A DNA stretch of 34,444 bases from an uncultured Melioribacter sp. (GTDB taxonomy: Bacteria; Bacteroidota; Ignavibacteria; Ignavibacteriales; Melioribacteraceae). The position numbers were made by a program, and so were the translations under genes. The stretch is from the NCBI GenBank assembly GCA_964510975.1, contig CAZEDR010000003.1, positions 1-34,444 on the forward strand, in the 5' to 3' direction. Below are positions 7,403 to 16,817 of this stretch, piece after piece. Below the pieces are notes generated by a model. It did not search any database. It was not told where the DNA came from and saw only the letters and a program-made list of their open reading frames with translations. Positions within the stretch are counted from its first letter, which is position 1; every line of letters starts with the position of its first letter.

Positions 7403-8107
7403 ATGAGCATTTTTCTTCCGGGTCAAAAAAGACAATTCAATTTTCTGCTAAAGAACTACACGGAAAAGCCAAGCACAATTTTGGTTGTCGGTTCTTCAAG
7501 TGAACAGCTGGCAATATTGCTATCAACCAAATTCAAAGCACCGGTTGATTTAATAGTAGAAGATTATGAATCGTTATTGAATTCCAAGCTTGTTCTTAGC
7601 GGCGAAGAATCTATAACCGTTAGAATGATGAATTTTGACGCTACTGATTTTGCCAGCGAACAATTCGATTTGATTTACGCGCAAGCATCTATCTCGCTTA
7701 CAAACAGAAACAAAATCATCAAGGAATTAAAAAGGATTTTAAAAACTGACGGATATTTATCTGTTGGCGAAATTGTTTCACTTAAAAAAGAATATCCGGC
7801 TTTTATAAGAGACTTATTCGATTCATCTAATCTGCTTCCATTGTTTCTCGATGAAATTGAAAAATATTATCTGGAAAGAAAATTTTCTGTGGTTGCTAAA
7901 ACCAGCTTGTCGGATACACTAAAAGATTTTTACTTAGAAAGCGCGCAGCAATTAAAAATTGCAGAGCCCGGATTAAGCGACAAAGAAAAGAGCTACTATA
8001 AAAAGGTGGTTAATAAAATCAGTCACGATTCTAATGTTTATCTAAAACTCGGCGGTGATAAGTATATCGGCTTGGAAACATTACTATTAAAGAAGGGTGA
8101 TCTTTGA
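7403..8107 (+). CDS. class I SAM-dependent methyltransferase-fold protein with degenerate motif I
   Basis: FDLIYAQAS and ELKRILKTDGYLSVGE are Methyltransf_11-like motifs, but motif I reads VVGSSSE. Confidence 0.7.
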   Translation: MSIFLPGQKRQFNFLLKNYTEKPSTILVVGSSSEQLAILLSTKFKAPVDLIVEDYESLLNSKLVLSGEESITVRMMNFDATDFASEQFDLIYAQASISLTNRNKIIKELKRILKTDGYLSVGEIVSLKKEYPAFIRDLFDSSNLLPLFLDEIEKYYLERKFSVVAKTSLSDTLKDFYLESAQQLKIAEPGLSDKEKSYYKKVVNKISHDSNVYLKLGGDKYIGLETLLLKKGDL

Positions 8108-9549
8108 AAAAGGGCGACATATTAGATTTAGAAATATCCGGCTACGCATTTGAAGGGAAAGGAATAGCAAAGATCATCAAGGAAGTTCATTCGCCAGAAG
8201 AAGACCCCAAGAAGTTTGTTGTGTTTGTAGAGGGCACATATCCGGGCGATGTGATTACTGCGGAAGTAAGAAAGATTAGAAAGTCATACGCAGAAGCCAA
8301 GTTGAGAAGCTTAATTACCGTTTCACCGTTAAGAACAGAGGCTGCTTGTAAACATTTTGGAACTTGCGGAGGGTGTAAGTCACAGAATCTTTTTTACGAG
8401 AACCAGAAAAAGTTTAAGCAAGAACAAGTAAAAGATATATTTGAACGATTGGGCGGCTTGAAAGATTTTGAAATGCTTCCGATTGTCGGCGCCGAAAAAA
8501 TTTATTACTACCGCAACAAACTTGAGTATTCTTTCGCCGATAAGCGCTGGCTTTCGGAAAACGAGATCAGCTCTATGCAAGAAATTGAAGACCGAAACTT
8601 TGCTCTTGGTTTTCATATACCGGGCATGTATGACAAAGTTTTAAACATTGAAAAGTGTCATCTGCAGTCGGACGAAAGCAATCAGATTCTAAATCTTACA
8701 AGAAAGTTTTTCAAAGAAAGAAATATTTCCATCTACTCAACTAAAACTCACGAAGGATTTCTTCGGAACCTTGTAATCAAACAAGCCTCAAACACAACCG
8801 ATTTGATGGTGAACTTAGTCGTTTCCGAAGAAAACGACGAACTGCTTAGCAAATACAAAGAGACTTTGCTGAAAGAGATACCTTCAATTACCACAATCAT
8901 CTTTAACATTAGTAAAAAGAAAGCAAGTATAGCGCTCGGAGATTACGAAATCGTTTCTCATGGCGAAGGATTTATAATTGATAAAATCGGAAAAAGTAAA
9001 TATAGAATTAGCGCAAATTCCTTCTTCCAGACCAACACATCACAAGCAGAAAGACTTTACAATGTAGCTTTAGATTTCGCCGAGTTCTCCGGCGATGAAA
9101 TTGTATACGATTTATATTCCGGCGCCGGTACAATCCCAATTTTCATATCCGAAAAAGTTAAACAGATTTATGGCTATGAAAGCGTTGAGCCGGCAATAAG
9201 TGATGCTTTGGTTAACAAAGAGCTAAATTCTGTTTCTAACTTTGAACCTATATTGGCTGATTTAAACAAATCATTTCTGCCAATTATTGAAGAAAATAAT
9301 TTTCCCCATCCAAGTGTTGTTATTACAGATCCGCCGCGCAGCGGTATGCACACAAAAACCGTTCAGGATATTCTTACTCTTAAACCGGGAAAGATTGTTT
9401 ATATAAGCTGCAATCCAACCACCCAAGCAAGAGATATAAAACTTCTTTGCGAAGGCGGATACAAGCTAATTAAAATTCAACCGGTTGATATGTTCCCCCA
9501 TACTTATCATATAGAAAATGTTGCGCTTCTAATCGCATCGGATATTTAG
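8104..9549 (+). CDS. rlmD: 23S rRNA (uracil-1939-C5)-methyltransferase RlmD
   Basis: TRAM domain, CKHFGTCGGC Fe-S motif, YRNK, SFFQTN, DLYSGAG, DPPRSG, YISCNP and DMFPHTYHIE. TTG start overlaps the upstream TGA. Confidence 0.93.
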   Translation: MKKGDILDLEISGYAFEGKGIAKIIKEVHSPEEDPKKFVVFVEGTYPGDVITAEVRKIRKSYAEAKLRSLITVSPLRTEAACKHFGTCGGCKSQNLFYENQKKFKQEQVKDIFERLGGLKDFEMLPIVGAEKIYYYRNKLEYSFADKRWLSENEISSMQEIEDRNFALGFHIPGMYDKVLNIEKCHLQSDESNQILNLTRKFFKERNISIYSTKTHEGFLRNLVIKQASNTTDLMVNLVVSEENDELLSKYKETLLKEIPSITTIIFNISKKKASIALGDYEIVSHGEGFIIDKIGKSKYRISANSFFQTNTSQAERLYNVALDFAEFSGDEIVYDLYSGAGTIPIFISEKVKQIYGYESVEPAISDALVNKELNSVSNFEPILADLNKSFLPIIEENNFPHPSVVITDPPRSGMHTKTVQDILTLKPGKIVYISCNPTTQARDIKLLCEGGYKLIKIQPVDMFPHTYHIENVALLIASDI

Positions 9550-9738
9550 AAACACTAAACCAGTTTTAACCCTAATAATATCTGCTTCATTTTTGTATAG
9601 TCACTCAATATGATACACAATCTATATTTTAATTCTTCGCTATTAGCCTTAAAACACCGTTTTTTATTGGCATTCCGATTGATTTCTTATAGTCAAACAG
9701 TTCTTTATAAAGTAAGTAACACCCTCTAAACACTTACT

Positions 9739-9809
9739 GATGGCGGCGGTTATTGAAACAGAAGGCACTCGGCTGGGTCTTCTGCAGAGATTTCCGCCTT
9801 CTTCTTTTT
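9739..9809 (+). other. GC-rich intergenic stem-loop of unknown identity
   Basis: GATGGCGG/CCGCCTTC outer stem and CAGAAGGC/GTCTTCTG inner stem, followed by a T-rich run. Confidence 0.35.
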
Positions 9810-9861
9810 AAACCAACATTTCAGATGAAAGACTTAATAGACAGGAAATAATAGAGTTATC

Positions 9862-9892
9862 TTGGTAATTAGCCATATTTTACTTAATTTTG
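9862..9892 (+). promoter_or_regulatory. putative rpmH operon promoter
   Basis: TTGGTA-N17-TAATTTTG (TAnnTTTG-type element), 26 bp before the ATG. Confidence 0.5.
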
Positions 9893-9918
9893 CCCACTTT
9901 CAATCAATAAGGTAGGTC

Positions 9919-10065
9919 ATGAAACGTACTTTTCAACCGAGCAACACAAAGAGAAAAAATAAACATGGTTTCCGCGAGAGAATGTCCACAAAGAATGGAC
10001 AAAAAGTACTTGCGAGAAGAAGAGCTAAAGGCAGAAAAAGACTAACAGTAAGCGACGAAAAATAG
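9919..10065 (+). CDS. rpmH: 50S ribosomal protein L34 (missing from the ORF track, 48 aa)
   Basis: Translated by hand: [48 protein letters not shown]. Confidence 0.98.
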   Translation: MKRTFQPSNTKRKNKHGFRERMSTKNGQKVLARRRAKGRKRLTVSDEK

Positions 10066-10464
10066 TTGAAACAATTTGGTCTTTCTAACCAAGAAAGAAT
10101 CAAAAGCAAGAAAGATTTCGATTCAGTTTATTCTTCCGGAGAAATTCTATTCTCTTCAAGCCAAAAACTCAAAGCTGTTTTTCTTATAGAACGAGAAGCA
10201 GAGCAAGCCGTTATTAAAGCGGCTTTTGCTGTTTCAAGAAAAGCGGGAATTGCGGTTTGGCGAAACAGGGTAAAGAGACTATTTAGAGAATCGTTTCGTC
10301 TAAACAAATCGATTCTTCAGAAAGAAGTTGAAGAAAAGAAAATAAGTCTTCGCATAGTTTTTTCTCCAAATTTGATTAACGAAAGAAGAAACAAAAAGAT
10401 TTGCTTAGAAAATATTTTGCCGGACGTTGTTGATTTGATGAACAAAATCAAATCTGTGTTGTAG
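10066..10464 (+). CDS. rnpA: ribonuclease P protein component
   Basis: [26 protein letters not shown] (RNR motif); directly follows rpmH. Confidence 0.96.
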   Translation: MKQFGLSNQERIKSKKDFDSVYSSGEILFSSSQKLKAVFLIEREAEQAVIKAAFAVSRKAGIAVWRNRVKRLFRESFRLNKSILQKEVEEKKISLRIVFSPNLINERRNKKICLENILPDVVDLMNKIKSVL

Positions 10465-10465
10465 A

Positions 10466-10675
10466 ATGAGAATCGTGTTTATAAAACTGGTTCGGATTTA
10501 TCAAAAATTTATTTCGCCGATGTTTCCGCCTTCGTGCCGGTTTTATCCAACTTGTTCCGAATATGCAGTGCAATCGTTGGAAAAACATGGCGCGTTAATA
10601 GGCGGCGCAAAAGCTATCTGGCGAATTTTAAGATGTAATCCGTTTAATAAAGGCGGATTTGATCCTGTAGAATAA
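10466..10675 (+). CDS. yidD: membrane protein insertion efficiency factor YidD
   Basis: YQKFISP...[10 protein letters not shown]...[16 protein letters not shown]. Confidence 0.97.
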   Translation: MRIVFIKLVRIYQKFISPMFPPSCRFYPTCSEYAVQSLEKHGALIGGAKAIWRILRCNPFNKGGFDPVE

Positions 10676-10689
10676 GAAAAGGAATTTGA

Positions 10690-12522
10690 ATGGACCGTAA
10701 CAGTACTTTCGCATTTTTACTTATTGGAGTTATTCTAGTTCTGTGGCTATACTGGAACTCGCCCGCACCGGAACCACAAAAGCCAAAATCAACAACGTCG
10801 CTTCAGCAAAAGGATACAACAAAAGTAGCGGCTCCCGTTGTTCCAGAGGAAAAGAAACAAGAAGAAGTTTCCCCTTTTGGCCCATCTAATCAAGCAGAAA
10901 AAGTTATTACAATTGAAACCGAACTTTCCCGCATCGAATTAACAAATAAAGGGGGAAGAATAAAGAGAGTTTTCCTTAAGAAGTTTAACACGTGGTATTT
11001 CAGTAAAACAAAAGACACAACTTTTTACAAAAAAAATGTTCAGCTTGTTAACACTTCAAAAAACGGCGGGGATTTCAATCTAATATTTGTTACAAAAGAT
11101 GGAAAGCTTGTTAACACCTCTTCTCTTGATTTCAACGCTAATCAAAACAACTACTATTACAAACTTAGCGGCAAAGACTCTTTGGCTGTTGAATACGCTT
11201 TTACTGGAGACAACGGCAAGGCGATAAAGAAAAGCTTCTTATTCTATGCTAACAAATATGATTCGAAAGTTGATATTGTACTAGAGAACATGCAAGACAT
11301 GATTAGTAGCTTTCGATATGATGTTATGTGGCAGAACGGTTTGAATTTTGTTGAAGAAAACTCCGTTGATGAAGCAACCTATTCACACGCCAATGCTTAT
11401 ACCGGAGAAGAAAATGTTGTACTTGATGCTTCTAGCCCGGGCGAGAAAGTGAACAAAGACATCAATGGAAAAGTTGATTGGGTTGGCGTTCGCAATAAAT
11501 ATTTTACCGCTATAATCTCTCCTAAGAACCCTTCTAATGATGGCGGCGCCTACATTGAGGGAAATCATTACAACAATAAGTATGGAACTCGAGAGGTTTA
11601 CAGTGCCAGCATAAAGGTTCCTTTCCAAAATCAGAAGTATCAAAAAGATTCTTTTACACTTTATGTTGGTCCAGTCGATTACTATTTGCTAAAAACATAC
11701 AACAATAATTACGAAAGCATTTTTGAGTTCGGAAATTTTCTTGGCTTAAAATTTATTATTCGTCCAATCTCAGAATATATAATGCTTCCTTTGCTTCGCT
11801 TTTTGGATAGTTTTATTCCAAACTACGGTTTAGTGATTATACTTTTCACAATCATAATTAAGCTTGCGCTTTCTCCGCTTACCAAAACCAGCTTAAAATC
11901 AATGGCTAAAATGCAGCAGCTTCAGCCAATGATTGCAGAGCTAAAAGAAAAGTATAAAGACAACCAGCAAAAGCAGCAACAAGAAACAATGAAGCTTTAT
12001 TCAACATATGGAATTAATCCGATGGGCGGGTGTTTGCCAATGCTGTTGCAGATGCCAATTCTTGTTGCGTTGTGGAGTTTGTTTAACGTTGCAATTGATA
12101 TACGTCAGCAACCGTTTATGTTGTGGATTGATAATCTTTCTTCACCGGATATAATTTTTAAGCTGCCATTCAAAATTCCTTTTTTCAACTTAGACCTAGT
12201 TAGTGGATTGGCCCTTTTAATGGGTATTACAATGTTTATCCAACAAAAGATGAGTGTTAAAGATCCAACACAGAAAGCCATGATTTATATTATGCCGGTT
12301 ATGTTTACAGTGATGTTTATGAGTATGCCTTCCGGTCTTAACCTCTATTATTTTGTCTTTAACTTACTTGGAATTATACAGCAGTATTATGTAACTCATA
12401 AGCACAATCAAGAACCGCTTGTTCCGGTTGCTAATCCAAACAAGAAGAAGGGTTTTATGTCGCGAATGATGGATGCTGCCGAAAAACAAGCACATGTTCA
12501 AAAGCAGGCAAAAAAGAAATAA
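10690..12522 (+). CDS. yidC: membrane protein insertase YidC
   Basis: N-terminal TM, large periplasmic domain, KYF, LYVGP, GINPMGGCLPMLLQMP and PSGLNLYY. Confidence 0.97.
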   Translation: MDRNSTFAFLLIGVILVLWLYWNSPAPEPQKPKSTTSLQQKDTTKVAAPVVPEEKKQEEVSPFGPSNQAEKVITIETELSRIELTNKGGRIKRVFLKKFNTWYFSKTKDTTFYKKNVQLVNTSKNGGDFNLIFVTKDGKLVNTSSLDFNANQNNYYYKLSGKDSLAVEYAFTGDNGKAIKKSFLFYANKYDSKVDIVLENMQDMISSFRYDVMWQNGLNFVEENSVDEATYSHANAYTGEENVVLDASSPGEKVNKDINGKVDWVGVRNKYFTAIISPKNPSNDGGAYIEGNHYNNKYGTREVYSASIKVPFQNQKYQKDSFTLYVGPVDYYLLKTYNNNYESIFEFGNFLGLKFIIRPISEYIMLPLLRFLDSFIPNYGLVIILFTIIIKLALSPLTKTSLKSMAKMQQLQPMIAELKEKYKDNQQKQQQETMKLYSTYGINPMGGCLPMLLQMPILVALWSLFNVAIDIRQQPFMLWIDNLSSPDIIFKLPFKIPFFNLDLVSGLALLMGITMFIQQKMSVKDPTQKAMIYIMPVMFTVMFMSMPSGLNLYYFVFNLLGIIQQYYVTHKHNQEPLVPVANPNKKKGFMSRMMDAAEKQAHVQKQAKKK

Positions 12523-12536
12523 GTATAGGTTTTGAT

Positions 12537-12566
12537 ATCCCGCTAAAATTTTAGCGGGATTTTTTT
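12537..12566 (+). terminator. intrinsic terminator after yidC
   Basis: ATCCCGCTAAAA/TTTTAGCGGGAT inverted repeat followed by a T6 run. Confidence 0.8.
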
Positions 12567-12595
12567 CCAAAATAGTTTGGAAATGTTATCTCCTA

Positions 12596-15298
12596 ATGAC
12601 TGTTAAAATAAAAATATCTTTTCTTTTCTTTTTCATTATTACCGCACTCAGTGCACAAAGCAAAACTGTTTTAACGCTTGATCTAACAGAAAAAAAACTT
12701 CCGTTTGGTTTGGTTGAATTAGTATCAACTGCGGCGCCTAAAATTGGAATTGCGTTAAGTGGCGGCGGCGCAAGATCAATCTCACAAATTGGTGTTCTGA
12801 AAGCTTTGGAAGAAAAAAATATTCCAATTGAATTTATTGTAGGAACAAGTATGGGCAGTATAATCGGCGGCTTGTATAGTGCCGGTTACAATATCCACGA
12901 GCTTGATTCTTTGATGCGTAACACTAACTGGAACGACTTCTTCTCGGCACAACAATCTAATAGAAATGAATTGTTCATTGATCAGAAAATTACTGAAGAT
13001 AGAGCTCTTTTTTCTTTTCGTATGGAGGGCCTAAAACCAATTATTCCAACATCTCTTTCTTCGGGTCAACGGGCTGCAAACTTTTTAAATCTAATGGCAA
13101 TTAATGCCCCGTTAATTAGTGATTCATCCTACGACATGATGCGTTATAAATTTCGGGCTATTAGTTCAGATTTAGTTTCAGGAAAGGAAATCATAATTGA
13201 AAAGGGGCCACTTGGTGCTGCTCTGCGTGCCAGCTCCAGTGTTACTTTGCTGCTTCCTCCGGTTAAAAAGGATTCTATGATGCTTGTAGATGGCGGATTG
13301 GTGGCTAATGTACCCGCAAAAGAGACGCGCAAGCTTGGCGCTGATATTGTTATTGCGGTTAACGCATCAAGTCCTTTATTAGACGCAACCGAACTAGATG
13401 TCCCGTGGAGAATTGCGGATCAGCTTGTAAGCATTCCAATGAGAATTTTAAATGATCAACAGTTAGCTGAGGCTGATTTTATTATCGAACCGCAATTGAA
13501 TGGAAAGAAGAATTCCGACTTCAATGATCTGGATACTATTGTAAAGATTGGTTACAAAGCAGTTGCAAAAAATGCGGAAGGTATTCTTAATCGATATAAA
13601 GAAATATTTTTAAGAAATGTAAGCGTAGAAGAAAGAATATTTACAAATCTTTCGTTAAGCGAGCGGCCAACCGAAATCGAAAAAAGCGTTTACTCAATAA
13701 TAGAGAATACAAAAAGTGTTTCCGACAAAGAATTATTATACGCGCTTCATCTTGTTTTTAAAGAAGGCTTTTGGAGAAATGCAGAAATTGAAATAGAAAA
13801 ACTGGAAGAGAGAACTATTTTACGTGTTAGAGCGCTGGAGAACCCCCCGGTTAAACAAATAACACTTGAAGGCGCGTATGTTGTCGGTGTGGATTCGGTG
13901 CTTACTGTTCTAAAAAATTTAATCGACCGGCCTTACAGCCCAACAAAATCTTTTAACGGCGCACTGAATATACTTCGTTTGTATAAAAGAAACGGCTATT
14001 CGTTTGCCAGAATAGAAAAAGTTGTTTTTGATTCATTATCAAATTCTTTGCACCTAAAATTAAACGAGGGTGTGATTACAAAAATTACGGTTGAAGGAAA
14101 CCACAAAACGAAAGAACAAATTATTACACGCGAATTCCCCTTGAAGGTTGGCGATTATTTTAAATATGATATTGCCGAAAAAGGGTTAACAAATCTCAGA
14201 AGCACAAATTTGTTTGATCAGATTGAACTTACGGTTGATGGAGAAAATGGGGAGAACGAATTAAAAATTTCGCTCTTAGAAAAAGTGTCTGCCGTAATTC
14301 GTCTGGGAATGAGAATAGACAACGAATACTTAACTCAATTTTTTCTAGATGCACGTGACGAAAACTTTAACGGTGCCGGATCTGAAATTGGAGCTCTAAT
14401 TAGTGGCGGCGTTCGTAATCGTTCATACTCTATAGAACAAAAGGCAAATCGAATATTTGATTCATATCTAACTTACAAGCTTCGCGGGTTTTACGAGTTT
14501 ACCGATATAAACAATTACGTTGATGAAGTATCGCTGAGTCCGAATAAATTCTTTAGAAGCAAAGCCGGTGAATATAGACAAATTTTTTACGGCGGTATGT
14601 TTGGTATTGGTGCACAGGTAGAACGGTTCGGCAATCTATTTTTAGAAGCTCGTTACCAAAGGGATAAAGTAACCGGGCTTTACGATTACACCGGTCCATC
14701 TTTTGATGTAGATATTTCCAGCTTGAGGCTTTCTCTTCTAATTGATTCGCAGAATGAATATCCTTATCCAAACAAAGGCTTTTTAATAAAAGCGTTTTAT
14801 GAAACTGCACAAACTGCTTTTGGCGGAGATATTGGCTACACAAAAATATTCTTCGATTATAAAGTTTTCTTTGGATTACGTTCTGATCACGTGTGGAGTT
14901 TCCGAACAATGATTGGCTCGGGTGACAATACTCTTCCGCTAAGCGAACAGTTTTCTCTTGGTGGGCAAAACACCTTCTATGGACTTCGCGAAAACGAATA
15001 TAGGGGCAGACAAGTTTTTCTTTCTTCTCTCGAAGTTCGCTACAAACTTCCCTTTAAATTATTCTTTGATACTTACATCCGAGCTCGTTACGATTTAGGT
15101 TCGATGTGGGCAGAGAGATCCGCAATTCAATTCAAAGATTTAAAACATGGAATTGGCGCAACTCTTTCGTTTAATACACCTATAGGTCCGGCAGATTTTT
15201 CGGTAGGAAAAAGTTTTTATTTCAAAAACGAATTACCCAAAAGCACAATTGTTAGGGGATCAACATTCTTCTATTTCACAATTGGATTTTATTATTAG
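12596..15298 (+). CDS. patatin-like phospholipase fused to POTRA domains and an Omp85/BamA-type barrel (PlpD-like, type Vd)
   Basis: LSGGGARS, GTSMG and DGG motifs; POTRA-like ITVEGNHKTKEQIITRE; barrel motifs FSLGG...GLRE and TPIGP; aromatic C-terminus. Confidence 0.9.
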   Translation: MTVKIKISFLFFFIITALSAQSKTVLTLDLTEKKLPFGLVELVSTAAPKIGIALSGGGARSISQIGVLKALEEKNIPIEFIVGTSMGSIIGGLYSAGYNIHELDSLMRNTNWNDFFSAQQSNRNELFIDQKITEDRALFSFRMEGLKPIIPTSLSSGQRAANFLNLMAINAPLISDSSYDMMRYKFRAISSDLVSGKEIIIEKGPLGAALRASSSVTLLLPPVKKDSMMLVDGGLVANVPAKETRKLGADIVIAVNASSPLLDATELDVPWRIADQLVSIPMRILNDQQLAEADFIIEPQLNGKKNSDFNDLDTIVKIGYKAVAKNAEGILNRYKEIFLRNVSVEERIFTNLSLSERPTEIEKSVYSIIENTKSVSDKELLYALHLVFKEGFWRNAEIEIEKLEERTILRVRALENPPVKQITLEGAYVVGVDSVLTVLKNLIDRPYSPTKSFNGALNILRLYKRNGYSFARIEKVVFDSLSNSLHLKLNEGVITKITVEGNHKTKEQIITREFPLKVGDYFKYDIAEKGLTNLRSTNLFDQIELTVDGENGENELKISLLEKVSAVIRLGMRIDNEYLTQFFLDARDENFNGAGSEIGALISGGVRNRSYSIEQKANRIFDSYLTYKLRGFYEFTDINNYVDEVSLSPNKFFRSKAGEYRQIFYGGMFGIGAQVERFGNLFLEARYQRDKVTGLYDYTGPSFDVDISSLRLSLLIDSQNEYPYPNKGFLIKAFYETAQTAFGGDIGYTKIFFDYKVFFGLRSDHVWSFRTMIGSGDNTLPLSEQFSLGGQNTFYGLRENEYRGRQVFLSSLEVRYKLPFKLFFDTYIRARYDLGSMWAERSAIQFKDLKHGIGATLSFNTPIGPADFSVGKSFYFKNELPKSTIVRGSTFFYFTIGFYY

Positions 15299-15833
15299 GG
15301 TTCTCTCTTTCCGCAGCCTTTTCTCCAAGTGCCAAATATTTTGCAGCAAGCAGGTAATCATCCATCCGTTTATAAAGATCGGAAAGTGAAAAATAAACGT
15401 GGCTTTTATGATGCACCGACGGAACTCGTGATTCAACAAGTCCTAAGATTGTTTTGTTGAGAGGTGAGTCAACATCAAAATTATATAAGCCCAGCAAGCG
15501 AATTAAGGGAACAGCATTGGTTGGTTCGCACTCGAACGATTTCTGAAAATATCGAATTGCATCTTCGAGTTTTTCATAATTGTCTTTTTGATGCCCCAAA
15601 ACATTCGCTGTCCACATATAAGTATTTAGAGCTTGATTCGGAATTTCTTTAACGATCTTTTCGGTGAACATTTTTATTTCGTCTGCTGAAAGCGCTGGAT
15701 TCCCAATGAGAATCTTATAAAGATCAACATCTTTTACACGCGTGCTTATTGCATCATGAAAGGCATCGAACAGCTCATCGGAAGATGTCGAATTGCGAAA
15801 AATATTTTCGATTCGCGATAGAAAACTTTCCAT
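15276..15833 (-). CDS. hypothetical all-helical protein with TPR-like repeats
   Basis: EDAIRYFQKSFECEP and VYFSLSDLYKRMDDYLLAAKY are TPR-like helices. The 3' end overlaps the convergent patatin gene by 23 nt. Confidence 0.65.
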   Translation of the reverse strand: MESFLSRIENIFRNSTSSDELFDAFHDAISTRVKDVDLYKILIGNPALSADEIKMFTEKIVKEIPNQALNTYMWTANVLGHQKDNYEKLEDAIRYFQKSFECEPTNAVPLIRLLGLYNFDVDSPLNKTILGLVESRVPSVHHKSHVYFSLSDLYKRMDDYLLAAKYLALGEKAAERENPNNKIQL

Positions 15834-15838
15834 TTATA

Positions 15839-16339
15839 TCAACTCCCCCCGCTCATATATGAAACAATATTTTCTTTATTAAAAATCGGGAGGTTCTCTT
15901 TGAACTCTACTGTTCTGTTTTTATCCCACTGCTTTGATTCGCAAACAGAATAACTGTGTTTTCCAAGAAAAGCACACCGCCGATCTATAAGCTTGTTTTC
16001 ATCATCAAAAACTAAAAAAGCAATTATTACCGGCATGCTTAATTTTTGCTTCCATTGTTCATAAGATTTAATCGCCCGTTCATTCACAAGAAATGCTTTC
16101 GATTTTTTTCCTTTCCAATCCAGCAGCGCGCTTTTACCTCTGCTTGTTAAAATAATGTCCGGTTTGTCTTCTCCCTTTTCCCAAAGTTTTTCGTAGCGGT
16201 TGTCTTCGCCGAACACTTTAAAATCAAAACCCCATTGCACAAGAAGGTTCTTTCCTACTCGTTCGGATAAATCGTGCAGTTTATAGTTGCTTCTAAATTC
16301 AAGTTTTGATTTCGCCGGGCGAAAATCTAATTCTTTCAT
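15839..16339 (-). CDS. PD-(D/E)XK superfamily nuclease-like protein
   Basis: Helix with E (DLSERVG), then KPDIIL-x-ALLDWK. ATGA overlap with the VOC gene. Confidence 0.7.
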   Translation of the reverse strand: MKELDFRPAKSKLEFRSNYKLHDLSERVGKNLLVQWGFDFKVFGEDNRYEKLWEKGEDKPDIILTSRGKSALLDWKGKKSKAFLVNERAIKSYEQWKQKLSMPVIIAFLVFDDENKLIDRRCAFLGKHSYSVCESKQWDKNRTVEFKENLPIFNKENIVSYMSGGS

Positions 16340-16728
16340 TTTCCTTCTGGTTCAAATAATGCACATACCGCGCCGGCGGGGTCTTGAATTACGCAATATT
16401 TACCCATTCCGGCATAGTTTTTTGGACCGGCAATTAGCTTGCCGCCAAGTTTTTGACACGATGCTATACTTTGTTCAATGCTGGAAACATTAATATAGAT
16501 AAGCCATTGAGCCGGAAGATCTGCATTAGTTCCTTGAGCGTGGCAAATTCCCGCAGTAGGAGCTTTACTTTCGGGCGTAAGCATGCTGTAGTCGCTATAT
16601 TCATCCATTGAAACCAACTCGAATTTCCACCCTACAACTTCGCTGTAGAAATCGCGGACTTGCTCTGCATTAGATACCGTAAGATCCCGCCAGTTTATTA
16701 CGCCAGGCTCATTGCTAAAGTCGGCCAT
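16336..16728 (-). CDS. VOC (glyoxalase/bleomycin resistance) family protein
   Basis: INWRDLT...FYSEVVGW...WLIYINV...LGGK...IQDPAGA. Confidence 0.92.
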   Translation of the reverse strand: MADFSNEPGVINWRDLTVSNAEQVRDFYSEVVGWKFELVSMDEYSDYSMLTPESKAPTAGICHAQGTNADLPAQWLIYINVSSIEQSIASCQKLGGKLIAGPKNYAGMGKYCVIQDPAGAVCALFEPEGK

Positions 16729-16817
16729 GTATTACCTTTCCTTATAACGCTTGGAAAATAGTGATTTCGTATTCTCATTTACAAGATCGTAATTTGCTAT
16801 AAAAGATTGCGCCCGGC

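Noticed and set aside
9739-9801. SRP RNA, tRNA or fluoride riboswitch identity for the GC-rich hairpin
   Set aside because: It lacks the SRP CAGG/GNRA/AGCAG domain IV, a tRNA T-loop and the fluoride riboswitch motif order on either strand.
9550-9918. oriC call upstream of rpmH
   Set aside because: There is no cluster of DnaA boxes and no dnaA. Only one imperfect box is present, so it is kept as a low-interest note.
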